From contig OY729426.1 of assembly GCA_963422365.1 (NCBI GenBank), forward strand, positions 1,504,001-1,568,000: a stretch of DNA of 64,000 bases. Reading direction: 5' to 3'. The notes beneath the pieces were generated by a model. That model was given only the letters and a program-made list of their open reading frames with translations, searched no databases and had not been told where the DNA came from. The DNA is from Nitrospirales bacterium. GTDB taxonomy: Bacteria > Nitrospirota > Nitrospiria > Nitrospirales > UBA8639. A program made the translations under genes and the position numbers. The number at the start of each line of letters is the position of its first letter. The stretch's first letter is position 1. Below are positions 1 to 9,957 of the stretch, one piece after another.

Positions 1-65
1 CCTCGCCGTCCCGACTCAGGTGAGGATTTGGAAGGAAGTTTTTTAACGGTGTGTTTTTCCATTTT

Positions 66-241
66 TGTAGGGGTGGGCTCCCGATTAAGAACCCCGATCA
101 GATCGGGGAAAAGCGTCCGGGGCAGGCCCTCCTGCCTTCTTCTGGGCCGCATAAGATGCGTTCCTACACATGTAATGGCATGAGGTATGTCCCTGCCTCC
201 GAGCAGGGATGCGATCCTACACATTCATTTACCAAGATGCG
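66..241. repeat. Degenerate GTAG/CTAC-type REP-like repeat cluster
   Basis: GATGCGTTCCTACACAT (155-171) and GATGCGATCCTACACAT (208-224) match at 16/17; an inverted TGTAGGGG lies near 67. Confidence 0.35.
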
Positions 242-410
242 GGCGACCGTCTCATAGGTCCTGAATGAATACAAAGTGACGTTCTTCGTACCCTGTTATT
301 TTACAACGAGTTATTTCAATTTTTTCTCGAAAAACCCATTATGTCACTCAGTTTGCGCTGGTACGTTGGCCTAGGTCTTTCGTGACCCCTGATCTGGGCC
401 TTTTGATTGA

Positions 411-439
411 TTGCGGCTGAAGTGCATTCTCTTTACAAT
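411..439 (+). promoter_or_regulatory. Putative sigma70 promoter of the acl operon
   Basis: TTGCGG-N17-TACAAT about 55 nt upstream of the aclB ATG. Confidence 0.4.
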
Positions 440-495
440 TACGAGTTTGGTATCCTGATCGCCACTTATCATTACAGACTAACAAAGGTTGCATT

Positions 496-1692
496 ATGGC
501 AAAGGTACTTGAAGGCCCAGGAATGGGCTTGTTGAAAAAATGGGGTTTGCAAACCCCGAATTATGCTGTGGTCGGTTCTTCAGAAGAATTGGAACAGTTG
601 TCTCAGGCCAATGATTGGTTGAACAACAGTCCGCTAGTGGTCAAGGCGCATGAAGCCTTGGGTTCACGCTTTAAACTCGGCCTCGTGAAGGTTGGAGTGG
701 ATATCAACGGTGCCAAAGCAGCCGTGAAAGAAATGCTTGGTCGGACCATCGGAACGTTGACCATTCGGGAAGTGATCGTGTCCGAAGCGGTGGAGCATAA
801 CGGGGAATATTACGTTGCCGTGAAGTCGACCCGGGACGGTGCAGACATTATGGTCGCCGACTGTGGGGGGATTGAAGTGGAATCCAATTGGGATCGTGTG
901 AAACGGTGCTCCCTTGCCGTAGGAGACTCTCCATCCGAGGCTGCCCTTGAGTCCCTTGCGAAAGAAGCCGGGTTTTCCGATGAGCTGATAACCCCAATGG
1001 CCAACTTTGCCAAAAAGCTGTTTCTCTGCTTTGACAATGAAGATGCGCAATATTTGGAGATTAACCCCGTGGTGGGCAATGCCGCCGGCGAGCTGGTCGC
1101 GCTTGATGCCGTGACTCTGTTGGACGGAGATGCCAAGTTTCGTCATCCGGACTGGACGTTTCCTTTTGCAGCCGAATTCGGGCGAGCCTATACCAAGAAT
1201 GAAGAAGACGTCATGGCCGTGGATTCGAAGGTGAAAGGGTCGGTGAAGCTTATAGAAATTCCAGGTGGAGACACGGCGATGCTTCCGGCAGGCGGCGGGG
1301 CTAGCGTGTATTACTCGGATGCGGTTGTGGCCAGAGGCGGCACGTTAGCCAATTATGCTGAATATTCAGGCGATCCTCCAGATTGGGCCGTTGAAGTCTT
1401 GACTGAAAAGATCTGTTCCCTCCCCGGCATCAAAAACATCATCGTCGGGGGGGCCATTGCCAATTTCACCGATGTCAAAAAGACCTTTGGCGGGATTATT
1501 AACGCGTTTCGTAAAGCCAAGACCGAGGGAAAATTAGAAGGCGTGAAAATCTGGGTGCGACGAGGCGGGCCCAATGAAAGGGAGGGGCTGGCAGCCATGA
1601 ACGCGTTGAAAGACGAAGGCTTTGATATTGAAGTCTTTGATCGGCGTACTCCGCTGACGGACATCGTCGACATGGCCTTGGCCAAGAAATAG
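496..1692 (+). CDS. aclB: ATP-citrate lyase beta subunit
   Basis: ATP-grasp with YLEINP; citrate-binding AGGGASV, ANYAEYSGDP, GGAIANFTDV, VRRGGPN. Confidence 0.95.
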   Translation: MAKVLEGPGMGLLKKWGLQTPNYAVVGSSEELEQLSQANDWLNNSPLVVKAHEALGSRFKLGLVKVGVDINGAKAAVKEMLGRTIGTLTIREVIVSEAVEHNGEYYVAVKSTRDGADIMVADCGGIEVESNWDRVKRCSLAVGDSPSEAALESLAKEAGFSDELITPMANFAKKLFLCFDNEDAQYLEINPVVGNAAGELVALDAVTLLDGDAKFRHPDWTFPFAAEFGRAYTKNEEDVMAVDSKVKGSVKLIEIPGGDTAMLPAGGGASVYYSDAVVARGGTLANYAEYSGDPPDWAVEVLTEKICSLPGIKNIIVGGAIANFTDVKKTFGGIINAFRKAKTEGKLEGVKIWVRRGGPNEREGLAAMNALKDEGFDIEVFDRRTPLTDIVDMALAKK

Positions 1693-1801
1693 TTGATGCG
1701 CTTATTTCGTGTTACTTACTTGGCTGCGAGGAGGCGGCATGAGAGGCCGTCCTACAAAAGAGGAGAGGTCTTTTTAACATATTGAGATGTAGGAGAGTTC
1801 G

Positions 1802-3628
1802 ATGAGCATTTTGGCCACAAAAGATACGTGTGTCGTGATTCAAGGCGGTCCGGCGGGGGTGAACGCGGCTCGGCGAATGGCCGAGTTCCGGCATATGATT
1901 AAACAGCCCTTAAACGTCTCGGCCTTTGTCTATCCTCCCGATGCCGGGAAAACCAACGAAATTATTTGCGGAAACCAACTCGTCACGATTCCGGTGTACA
2001 ACACGGTCGCCGAAGCAACCGCGAACCATCCGGAAATCAATACCAGCTTGGTCTATATCGGAGCGGATCGGGCCTATGCCGGCACCAAGGAAGCTTTGGA
2101 CAATCCTCAGATTCGAGTAGTGTCGATGATCACGGAAGGGGTACCTGAAAAAGATGCCAAATTGCTTGGGACACATGCACGAAACCTTGGCAAAGTTTTC
2201 AATGGTCCTTCATCCATCGGCGTCTTATCGGCTGGAGAATGCCGGTTAGGAGTGATCGGCGGGGCGTTTGATAACCTGGTTGCCTGTAAACTCTATCGTC
2301 CGGGTTCCTTTGGGGTGATCACGAAGTCCGGTGGTCTGTCGAATGAAATCATTTGGATTTGCTCGCAATTCGCCGACGGCATCACGACAGCCATTGGTAT
2401 TGGCGGAGATGCCTACCCGGGAACGGATTATGTGACGTACCTTGAAATGTTCGAAAACGATCCGCAAACCAAAGCCGTGATCATTGTCGGCGAGATGGGT
2501 GGTGATTTGGAGGAACGTGCGGCTGAATGGTACGGCGCGAAAAAACGTCGGATTCGAATCTTGGCCGTGGTTTCCGGTTTTTGCCAAGAAAGTTTGCCCA
2601 AGGGAATGAAATTCGGGCATGCCGGAGCAAAGGAGGGCCTCCAAGGGGAAGGGTCAGCCCGAGCAAAGTCAGAAGCCTTGAAGAAGGCCGGGGCCATGGT
2701 TCCTGATACCTTTGGAGCCTTGGGGCCGGCGATCAAAGAAACCTATGAAGCGCTGGTGAAGTCCAGTGAAGTGACGCCGATTCCCGAACTCAGTGAAGCG
2801 GAAAAGCCCAAGCTTCCCAAGACCGTCGAACAGGGCATGAAAGACGGCGATATTCTGGTGGCCCCACTGATTAAGTCCACCATCAGCGATGACCGAGGCG
2901 ACGAGCCTTTGTATGAAGGGTATCCGGCGTCTGAACTCATTAACAAAGGCTATGACATTCCTCATATCATCGGGCTCCTGTGGGATAAGCGGCTGATTTC
3001 CAAGCAAGAAGCCGAAATCATCAGGAGGATTATCATTCTTTCGGCCGATCATGGTCCGTGCGTCAGTGGAGCGTTGACCACCATTATCGCGGCATGTGCC
3101 GGCATCGGGTTGTCTCAAGCCGTTGCGGCAGGGTTGATCATGATTGGGCCGCGGTTTGGGGGCGCCGTGACCGATGCAGGTCGGTATTTTACCTATGCCA
3201 TCGATCACAACATGTCCGTGGATGAGTTCCTGACGTATATGAAGAAAAACGTCGGGCCAGTTCCGGGGATTGGTCATCGGGTGAAGAGTCTGCGGAATCC
3301 CGATAAACGCGTGAAAGAATTGGTGGGGTACGTGAAGAGTTTAGACCTTGCCACCCCGCATTTGGATTTTGCCTTGAAAGTCGAAAAGGTCACGGCGGCG
3401 AAGAAAGATAATTTGATTTTGAATGTCGATGGGACCATGGCGGCTGTCCTCGTCGATCTTGGATTCCCTATCGACAGCCTGAATGGATTCTTTATGTTGG
3501 CCAGAACCATTGGGCTGATTGGTCATTGGGCCGATCAAAAACGTCAGGGCAGTCGGTTAATTCGGTTGTTTAACTATCTGGTGCACTACGCATCGCCCGG
3601 TCGTCGGGAAGTGCCACCACTGAAATAA
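1802..3628 (+). CDS. aclA: ATP-citrate lyase alpha subunit
   Basis: KSGGLSNE, phospho-His FGHAGA, citryl-CoA lyase domain ADHGP...PGIGHRVKS...LNVDG. Confidence 0.95.
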   Translation: MSILATKDTCVVIQGGPAGVNAARRMAEFRHMIKQPLNVSAFVYPPDAGKTNEIICGNQLVTIPVYNTVAEATANHPEINTSLVYIGADRAYAGTKEALDNPQIRVVSMITEGVPEKDAKLLGTHARNLGKVFNGPSSIGVLSAGECRLGVIGGAFDNLVACKLYRPGSFGVITKSGGLSNEIIWICSQFADGITTAIGIGGDAYPGTDYVTYLEMFENDPQTKAVIIVGEMGGDLEERAAEWYGAKKRRIRILAVVSGFCQESLPKGMKFGHAGAKEGLQGEGSARAKSEALKKAGAMVPDTFGALGPAIKETYEALVKSSEVTPIPELSEAEKPKLPKTVEQGMKDGDILVAPLIKSTISDDRGDEPLYEGYPASELINKGYDIPHIIGLLWDKRLISKQEAEIIRRIIILSADHGPCVSGALTTIIAACAGIGLSQAVAAGLIMIGPRFGGAVTDAGRYFTYAIDHNMSVDEFLTYMKKNVGPVPGIGHRVKSLRNPDKRVKELVGYVKSLDLATPHLDFALKVEKVTAAKKDNLILNVDGTMAAVLVDLGFPIDSLNGFFMLARTIGLIGHWADQKRQGSRLIRLFNYLVHYASPGRREVPPLK

Positions 3629-3701
3629 CACATTCATGGTTTCTCCTGACCTGGTCCGAAAAAAAAGGATTGGGGCTCGGAACCCACGCGGAGAACATCT
3701 T

Positions 3702-5951
3702 ATGTCGATTGACCTTGTTCAAACATTGTATGATGAAATGCCTACAGCCGTAGAAGCGGCAAGAAAGCAGTTTGGTCGTGGGTTGACCTTGGCCGAAAAA
3801 ATCCTGGTTTCCCATGCAGACAATTTTCAGACCCAAATCTGGGATCGTGGAAAAGCCATGTTGGCGCTTCGTCCCGATCGCGTGGCCATGCAGGATGCCA
3901 CGGCTCAGATGGCCATGTTGCAATTTATCCAAGCGGGAAAGAAAAGGGCTGCGGTGCCCAGCACCATTCATTGCGACCATTTGATTCGAGCGGAGATGGG
4001 GTCGGCAAAAGATCTCCTGCGCGCCTGCGATGAAAATCGGGAAGTCTATAACTTTTTAGAATCTGCTGCCAAGAAATATGGCATTGGGTTTTGGAAGCCT
4101 GGCGCGGGCATTATTCATCAGGTGGTCTTGGAAAATTATGCCTTCCCAGGGGGGCTCATTATCGGGACCGATTCCCACACGCCCAATGGTGGTGGGTTAG
4201 GCATGCTGGCTATCGGAGTCGGCGGTGCCGATGCGGGAGAGGTCATGGCCGGGTTGCCGTGGGAAGTGCTGCATCCTAAACTGATCGGTGTTAAGCTCAC
4301 CGGCAAGTTGAATGGCTGGGCCTCGCCCAAGGACGTGATTCTGTATATTTGTGGCAAACTGACGGTGAAGGGGGGAACCAATAAGATTGTCGAGTACTTT
4401 GGCCCTGGTACGGAAACGATCAGTGCGACGGGCAAGGGAACAATTACCAACATGGGTGCGGAACTCGGTGCGACCACGTCGCTTTTTCCCTTTGACCAAA
4501 AAATGGTGGACTATCTCACGATTACGGAACGAAAAGAGATCGCCGCGTTAGCGCAAGCCAACAAGACGATGCTGGTGGCTGACCCTGAAGTGTATCAGTC
4601 GCCGGAAAAATATTTTGACGAGATCCTGGAAATTGACCTGTCGATCTTGGAACCTCACGTCGTGGGTCCTCATTCTCCCGACTTGGCACGACCCATTTCC
4701 AAGTTGGACGCCGAGGCCAAGGAAAAGGGGTACCCCGTTGAGTTGAAAGCCACCTTGTTAGGAAGTTGTACAAATTCTTCGTATGAAGATATTAGCCGGG
4801 CTGCCCATATTGCCCAACAAGGGCTGCAAGCAGGCTTGAAAGCCAAAACTGCATTTTTGGTTTCACCAGGCTCAGAACGGATTTTTCATACCATGAAACG
4901 TGACGGCTTTTTGAACACGTTTGAAGATTTGGGAGCGACCGTATTGGCGAATGCCTGCGGTCCGTGTATCGGGCAGTGGAAACGAGTTGATGGCGTCAAA
5001 GGCCGAGCCGATTCGATTGTGAGTACCTTTAACCGGAACTTCCCCGGTCGCAACGACGGGCTGGCCGACACGCTGTCCTTCCTGGCGAGTCCTGAGTTGG
5101 TTGCCGCATATGCCCTTTCAGGTAACTTAGGATTCAATCCTCTGCAAGATACCATTCCCACCCCGGACGGCAAACAATTAAAACTCGATCCGCCACAAGG
5201 CGATGAATTACCGGCTCAAGGCTTTGAGAAGGGCGAAGAAGGATTTATTGCTCCAGCAGAGAACGGCGAGGGGTTAGCCGTCGACCTTCCTCCCAACAGT
5301 GAACGGCTGCAATTGCTGCAGCCGTTTCCCAAGTGGGACGGCAAAGATTTCGAACGATTGCCGTTGCTGATCAAGACCAACGGGAAAACGACGACGGATC
5401 ATATTTCACCGGCGGGCCCTTGGCTCAAGTTTCGAGGACATTTGGACAAGATTAGTGACAATATGTTTTTGGGCGCGAATAATGCGTTTTCCAGTGAAGC
5501 GGGAAAAGGCACCAATGTGTTGACCGGGGAATCGGGTCTCACGATTGCGCAAATCGCGCGTGATTATCAAGGCAGAGGCATCGGGTCGTTTGTGGTTGGT
5601 GATGAGAATTACGGTGAAGGGAGCAGCAGGGAACATGCCGCCATGTCGCCGCGTTTCCTCGGCGTGAAAGCCGTCTTGACCAAGAGTTTTGCTCGAATCC
5701 ATGAAACGAATTTGAAGAAGCAGGGCATTCTGCCCATGACATTTGCGGACCCTGGGCATTATGCGGAAATCGACCAGGATGATCGAATCAGCGTCACGGG
5801 CCTCGGTGCATTGAAGCCAGGGAAGCCGGTGTCCGTGACCATTCATAAAAATGATGGAAAAGAGATCGCGATTCAAGCCAGACACAGCATGACCGAACAG
5901 CAAATCAAATGGTTTCAAGCAGGGTCGGCCTTAAATGCCTTAAATGCATGA
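3702..5951 (+). CDS. acnA: Aconitate hydratase (mitochondrial-like type)
   Basis: DRVAMQDATAQMA, HCDH, GTDSHT, GSCTNS, CGPCIG, NRNF, GSSREHA; start moved to ATG 3702 after a GGAGA RBS. Confidence 0.93.
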   Translation: MSIDLVQTLYDEMPTAVEAARKQFGRGLTLAEKILVSHADNFQTQIWDRGKAMLALRPDRVAMQDATAQMAMLQFIQAGKKRAAVPSTIHCDHLIRAEMGSAKDLLRACDENREVYNFLESAAKKYGIGFWKPGAGIIHQVVLENYAFPGGLIIGTDSHTPNGGGLGMLAIGVGGADAGEVMAGLPWEVLHPKLIGVKLTGKLNGWASPKDVILYICGKLTVKGGTNKIVEYFGPGTETISATGKGTITNMGAELGATTSLFPFDQKMVDYLTITERKEIAALAQANKTMLVADPEVYQSPEKYFDEILEIDLSILEPHVVGPHSPDLARPISKLDAEAKEKGYPVELKATLLGSCTNSSYEDISRAAHIAQQGLQAGLKAKTAFLVSPGSERIFHTMKRDGFLNTFEDLGATVLANACGPCIGQWKRVDGVKGRADSIVSTFNRNFPGRNDGLADTLSFLASPELVAAYALSGNLGFNPLQDTIPTPDGKQLKLDPPQGDELPAQGFEKGEEGFIAPAENGEGLAVDLPPNSERLQLLQPFPKWDGKDFERLPLLIKTNGKTTTDHISPAGPWLKFRGHLDKISDNMFLGANNAFSSEAGKGTNVLTGESGLTIAQIARDYQGRGIGSFVVGDENYGEGSSREHAAMSPRFLGVKAVLTKSFARIHETNLKKQGILPMTFADPGHYAEIDQDDRISVTGLGALKPGKPVSVTIHKNDGKEIAIQARHSMTEQQIKWFQAGSALNALNA

Positions 5952-5971
5952 GTGGCCGACCACAACATCAT

Positions 5972-6057
5972 TGTCATTCTGAGCCGTAGGCGAACAATCT
6001 CGTCGTTTCAACAATGCGGGTCTGTAAAAACAGATCTTTCATTTCCTCAGGATGACA
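5972..6057. repeat. Palindromic intergenic element with TGTCAT...ATGACA ends
   Basis: TGTCATTCTGAG (5972-5983) and CTCAGGATGACA (6046-6057) form an 11/12 inverted repeat. Confidence 0.65.
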
Positions 6058-6180
6058 GATGAGGCGCGTTGTGCAGGATCCCTGTCTCTCCGATTTTTTT
6101 AATCTGGGAGTTAGCCGTGTCTTTCTCCTTCATTTCGGCACACACAGGAAGGGCAGGACGGAAAGACCAAAGCGGACAGC

Positions 6181-6903
6181 ATGACGACTGATTCATTAGA
6201 TACAGGCAAAGCCGTGAGTCAAGAAGACTCTTTCCACCCCCCCATGGTCATGGTGGAGATTGCAGGGAAGCCCTTCCGTGTCCCGGCTGGGATTACCTTG
6301 ATGAAGGCCCTCTGGTATACCGGCCATAAAGTCATACGAGGTGCGGGATGCTTAGGTGGATTTTGTGGAGCCTGCGCGACCTATTATCGCACGAAGGACG
6401 ATCCGAAAGTCAAAACCTGTTTGGCGTGTTCGCATGCGGTTGAAGATGGCATGTCCTTTTCGTTTGCACCGGCTTTTCCTGCTCGAAAGGCCACGTATGA
6501 TTTGAATCAACTCGAAAATCCTAGGCAAGACTTGTTCAAATTGTATCCGGAAGCCCCTTTGTGCCGGAATTGTAATGCCTGCACCGAAGCCTGCCCTCAA
6601 CAAATTGACGTGCGTGAGGGTGTCTGGAAAGCTGTGTTTGGGGATTTCAAAGCGGTGTCGGAGACGTTCATGGACTGTGTGATGTGTGGCTTGTGTGCGC
6701 CGGTGTGCATTGCTGATATTGCGCCAAATTTAGTGGGGATCTACGCTAGTCGAGCCTATGGAGTACGGGAAATGGAAAAGCCTCCTGGCCTCTTTGACCG
6801 AATTCAAGCTATTGCAGAGGGGGAGTACAATGCTGATTGGGAACGAATCTTAAAGATGACCGATGAAGAATTACAACAAAGCTCGGCCACGATCAAGTCG
6901 TAG
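6181..6903 (+). CDS. frdB: Fe-S subunit of a soluble fumarate reductase ([2Fe-2S] plus 2x[4Fe-4S])
   Basis: GCLGGFCGAC...C, CRNCNACTEAC, CVMCGLCAPVC; adjacent to the flavoprotein within the rTCA cluster. Confidence 0.75.
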   Translation: MTTDSLDTGKAVSQEDSFHPPMVMVEIAGKPFRVPAGITLMKALWYTGHKVIRGAGCLGGFCGACATYYRTKDDPKVKTCLACSHAVEDGMSFSFAPAFPARKATYDLNQLENPRQDLFKLYPEAPLCRNCNACTEACPQQIDVREGVWKAVFGDFKAVSETFMDCVMCGLCAPVCIADIAPNLVGIYASRAYGVREMEKPPGLFDRIQAIAEGEYNADWERILKMTDEELQQSSATIKS

Positions 6904-6920
6904 GGGATTGCGGCTTACAC

Positions 6921-8501
6921 ATGGATATTCAAGCTCTGCACGATGTAGTCCACGAATCCCGTCACGCTCGGCAAACATACACCCTTCCCAAACTCTCTCC
7001 GGCTGAACGCGACACCCTGATTAAAAAATTTCATCCTGATCATCGTGAAGCCGCGTACCGTCCAATTGTCTTTGGGCCTAATGAAGGGGATCTGACGGTA
7101 CGAGAGCTCGCCTCCGTCTTGGAAGGCGACAGCGTGGTTTCCGAAGACCTCCCCTTAGTGCCAGACTACACGGTTGACGTATTGGTGGTGGGAGGCGGTG
7201 GCGCAGGGTGTGCCTCGGCTCTCCACGCGCATGGGCAAGGGGCAAAGGTCCTCTTGACGACGAAGTTGCGCTTGGGGGATTCGAATTCGGTGATGGCGCA
7301 GGGGGGCATGCAGATTGCCGTGGCTCCCGATGATTCCCCTGTCCAGCATTTCCTCGATACCCTCAAGGGCGGTCATATGAAAAATGACCATGAGTTGCTT
7401 AAGACGATGGTGGAAGAAGGGCCGTCCATTGCGAAGTGGTTATTGGAATTGGGCGTGATCTTCGACCGGGATGCGGACGGCAATCTTCACGTCAAAAAAG
7501 GAGGAGGCAGTACAAGGGCGCGGTTGCTCACCTGCTCGGATTACACCGGCCTCGAAATCATGCGAGTGCTCAAGGATGAGGTACTCAACCAAAAGGTTCA
7601 GCTTCTGGAATTTGCCGCCGCTGTGGAATTATTGAGTGACGAGCAAGGGGCGTGTACCGGTGCGGTGCTTCAGGATTTGGATAATAAACGATCCCTCGTG
7701 GTTGCCGCCAAAACTGTGATTCTGGCTACCGGCGGTATTGGGCGATTGCACATCCAAGGATTCCCGACCAGCAATCATTATGGCGCCACGGGTGACGGGC
7801 TCGTGCTGGCCTATCGCATCGGCGCGCCGCTGGCACAAATCGATACGTTCCAATATCACCCATCCGGCGGCGTGTACCCGGAACAACTCGTGGGGCAGTT
7901 GGTCACCGAGGGGATCCGGTCAGAAGGCGGGCATTTGGTCAATGTGAAAGGCGAACGATTTGTGAATGAATTGGATACTCGCGATGTGGTTTCGTCGTCT
8001 ATTATTCGAGAATGTGAAGAAGGTCGTGGTATCCGGATACCGACTGGTCGCGTCGGTGTGTGGTTGGATACTCCGTTGCTCGAGGTGGAGCAGGGCGAAG
8101 GCACGCTGGATAAGCATTTCCCTGCCATGGTTCGCCAATATGCACGGTACGGCGTTGATATCCACAAAGACCCTGTTCTGATTTATCCGACTCTTCATTA
8201 TCAAAATGGGGGAGTGAAAATCGACATCAACGGCGAAACGCCCGTGAAGAATCTCTTTGTGGCTGGAGAAACCTCAGGGGGTCTGCATGGTCGCAATCGT
8301 TTAATGGGCAATTCGTTGTTGGATTTGATGGTGTTTGGCAAACGATCTGGGTTGACGGTGGCAGCTCGCGCTCGAGCCATTCCTCAAGGCCGATTGACGT
8401 TGAACCATTTGCAGCGCTTCCGAGACGAAGCAAAAAAACACAGAATGACGAGTCAGGTCACCTCACCGATCGTGCTGCCCAACTATGCCAGGGAACTATA
8501 G
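6921..8501 (+). CDS. frdA: Fumarate reductase/succinate dehydrogenase-family flavoprotein
   Basis: GGGGAG FAD motif, QYHP, TEGIR, RDVVS, HYQNGG, GRNRLMGNSL. Confidence 0.85.
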   Translation: MDIQALHDVVHESRHARQTYTLPKLSPAERDTLIKKFHPDHREAAYRPIVFGPNEGDLTVRELASVLEGDSVVSEDLPLVPDYTVDVLVVGGGGAGCASALHAHGQGAKVLLTTKLRLGDSNSVMAQGGMQIAVAPDDSPVQHFLDTLKGGHMKNDHELLKTMVEEGPSIAKWLLELGVIFDRDADGNLHVKKGGGSTRARLLTCSDYTGLEIMRVLKDEVLNQKVQLLEFAAAVELLSDEQGACTGAVLQDLDNKRSLVVAAKTVILATGGIGRLHIQGFPTSNHYGATGDGLVLAYRIGAPLAQIDTFQYHPSGGVYPEQLVGQLVTEGIRSEGGHLVNVKGERFVNELDTRDVVSSSIIRECEEGRGIRIPTGRVGVWLDTPLLEVEQGEGTLDKHFPAMVRQYARYGVDIHKDPVLIYPTLHYQNGGVKIDINGETPVKNLFVAGETSGGLHGRNRLMGNSLLDLMVFGKRSGLTVAARARAIPQGRLTLNHLQRFRDEAKKHRMTSQVTSPIVLPNYAREL

Positions 8502-8602
8502 CAGGATGTGTATGAGTTCAGAGACCTTTGGCATTCCTTGAAGCAGGAGGAACTCCTACCCATCCCTCACCTCGCCCTCCCTGCTAATGGGGGCCATCGA
8601 GG

Positions 8603-8645
8603 AACTCCCCATTCCCCTCCTTTGTAAGGATGGGAATGGGGAGTT
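8603..8645. repeat. Perfect 14-bp inverted repeat (hairpin)
   Basis: AACTCCCCATTCCC / GGGAATGGGGAGTT with an inner TCCTT-tgt-AAGGA stem. Confidence 0.7.
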
Positions 8646-8721
8646 AGAGCGTTTGCAGGTCGGGCTTGCCCCCCCAAGACGCTGTGGACCGATAGACGAC
8701 TTTTTCTTGAAGGGGAAAATC

Positions 8722-9954
8722 ATGAATATCCATGAGTTCCAAGCGAAACAGTTATTTGCTCAATTTGGGGTGCCGGTTCCTCGAGGAAAGGAAATTAAGA
8801 CCCCACATGCTGCTGAAAAGTGGGCCGCCGCTCTCAATGTACCCGTTTATGTCGTCAAGGCACAAATTCATGCCGGGGGACGGGGTAAAGCCGGCGGTGT
8901 CAAAATCACCAAACATCGGGATGAGGTGCCGACTCTGACGCAAGAGATCATTGGGAAAGCCTTAGTGACGCATCAAACAGGACCAAAAGGGAGAAAAGTC
9001 CGGCGTCTGTTGGTTGAGGAAGGAGCAGGGATTGATAAAGAATTGTATCTCAGTCTGTTGGTGGATCGAGATACCGGGTGCCCCACGTTCCTTGCGAGTA
9101 CCGAAGGTGGAATGGACATCGAAGAAGTGGCGGAGAAGACTCCTGGTAAATTGTTCAGGGAAACGATTGATCCGGCGGTCGGGTTTCAGGGGTATAATGG
9201 GCGGAATCTTGCCTTTGCCTTGGGGTTGCCCGCTCTGGAAAAAGCCGTTGTGACGCCCTTTATTCAAATGCTGGGGAACCTGTATCGTCTGTTTATGGAA
9301 AAAAATGCGTCATTGGTAGAGATCAATCCGTTGGTGATTACCACGGAGAAACAGCTCGTCGCACTCGATGGGAAGGTCACCTTCGATGACAATGCGTTGT
9401 TTAAGCATCCGGAGGTACAGGCTTTTCGTGATCTGCACGAGGAAGAACCTCTTGAAATTGAGGCGGGTAACAATAATCTCAATTACGTGAAATTGGATGG
9501 GAACATCGGGTGTATGGTGAATGGGGCGGGATTGGCCATGGCCACGATGGATGTGATCAAGTTGGCTGGCGGAGAACCCGCCAACTTTTTAGACGTGGGG
9601 GGTGGTGCCACGAAAGAGACCGTTGCGGCAGGGTTTCGCATTCTCCTCAAGGACAGAAAAGTCAAAGGCATTTTTATCAATATTTTCGGAGGCATTGTTC
9701 GGTGCGAACGGATTGCCCATGGAGTGATCGAGGCCTCGAAAGAAATTGGGATGACCGTTCCTGTGGTTGTTCGCCTTCAGGGCACCAATGCGGAAGAAGG
9801 GCGAAATATTCTCCTCGAATCGGGGCTGAACGTCGATGTAGCGACGGATCTTTGGGAAGCCGCGAAAAAAATTGTGGCCCTGAAGCGCAAAAGAAAGAGG
9901 GTGACCGACCCGTTTTGGGGCTCGCACAGTGACTACGGAAGAAAGAAGGAATAG
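8722..9954 (+). CDS. sucC: Succinyl-CoA synthetase beta subunit
   Basis: MNIHEFQAK start, KAQIHAGGRGKAGGV, CMVNGAGLAMATMD, NFLDVGGGA. Confidence 0.96.
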   Translation: MNIHEFQAKQLFAQFGVPVPRGKEIKTPHAAEKWAAALNVPVYVVKAQIHAGGRGKAGGVKITKHRDEVPTLTQEIIGKALVTHQTGPKGRKVRRLLVEEGAGIDKELYLSLLVDRDTGCPTFLASTEGGMDIEEVAEKTPGKLFRETIDPAVGFQGYNGRNLAFALGLPALEKAVVTPFIQMLGNLYRLFMEKNASLVEINPLVITTEKQLVALDGKVTFDDNALFKHPEVQAFRDLHEEEPLEIEAGNNNLNYVKLDGNIGCMVNGAGLAMATMDVIKLAGGEPANFLDVGGGATKETVAAGFRILLKDRKVKGIFINIFGGIVRCERIAHGVIEASKEIGMTVPVVVRLQGTNAEEGRNILLESGLNVDVATDLWEAAKKIVALKRKRKRVTDPFWGSHSDYGRKKE

Positions 9955-9957
9955 AGC

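Noticed and set aside
3636..3701. N-terminal extensions from the ORF track (aconitase; likewise sucC 8587, aminopeptidase 11812, recJ 26758, fusA 46127, rpmD 58437)
   Set aside because: Downstream starts fit the family N-termini and/or RBS better; some extensions run through intergenic hairpins
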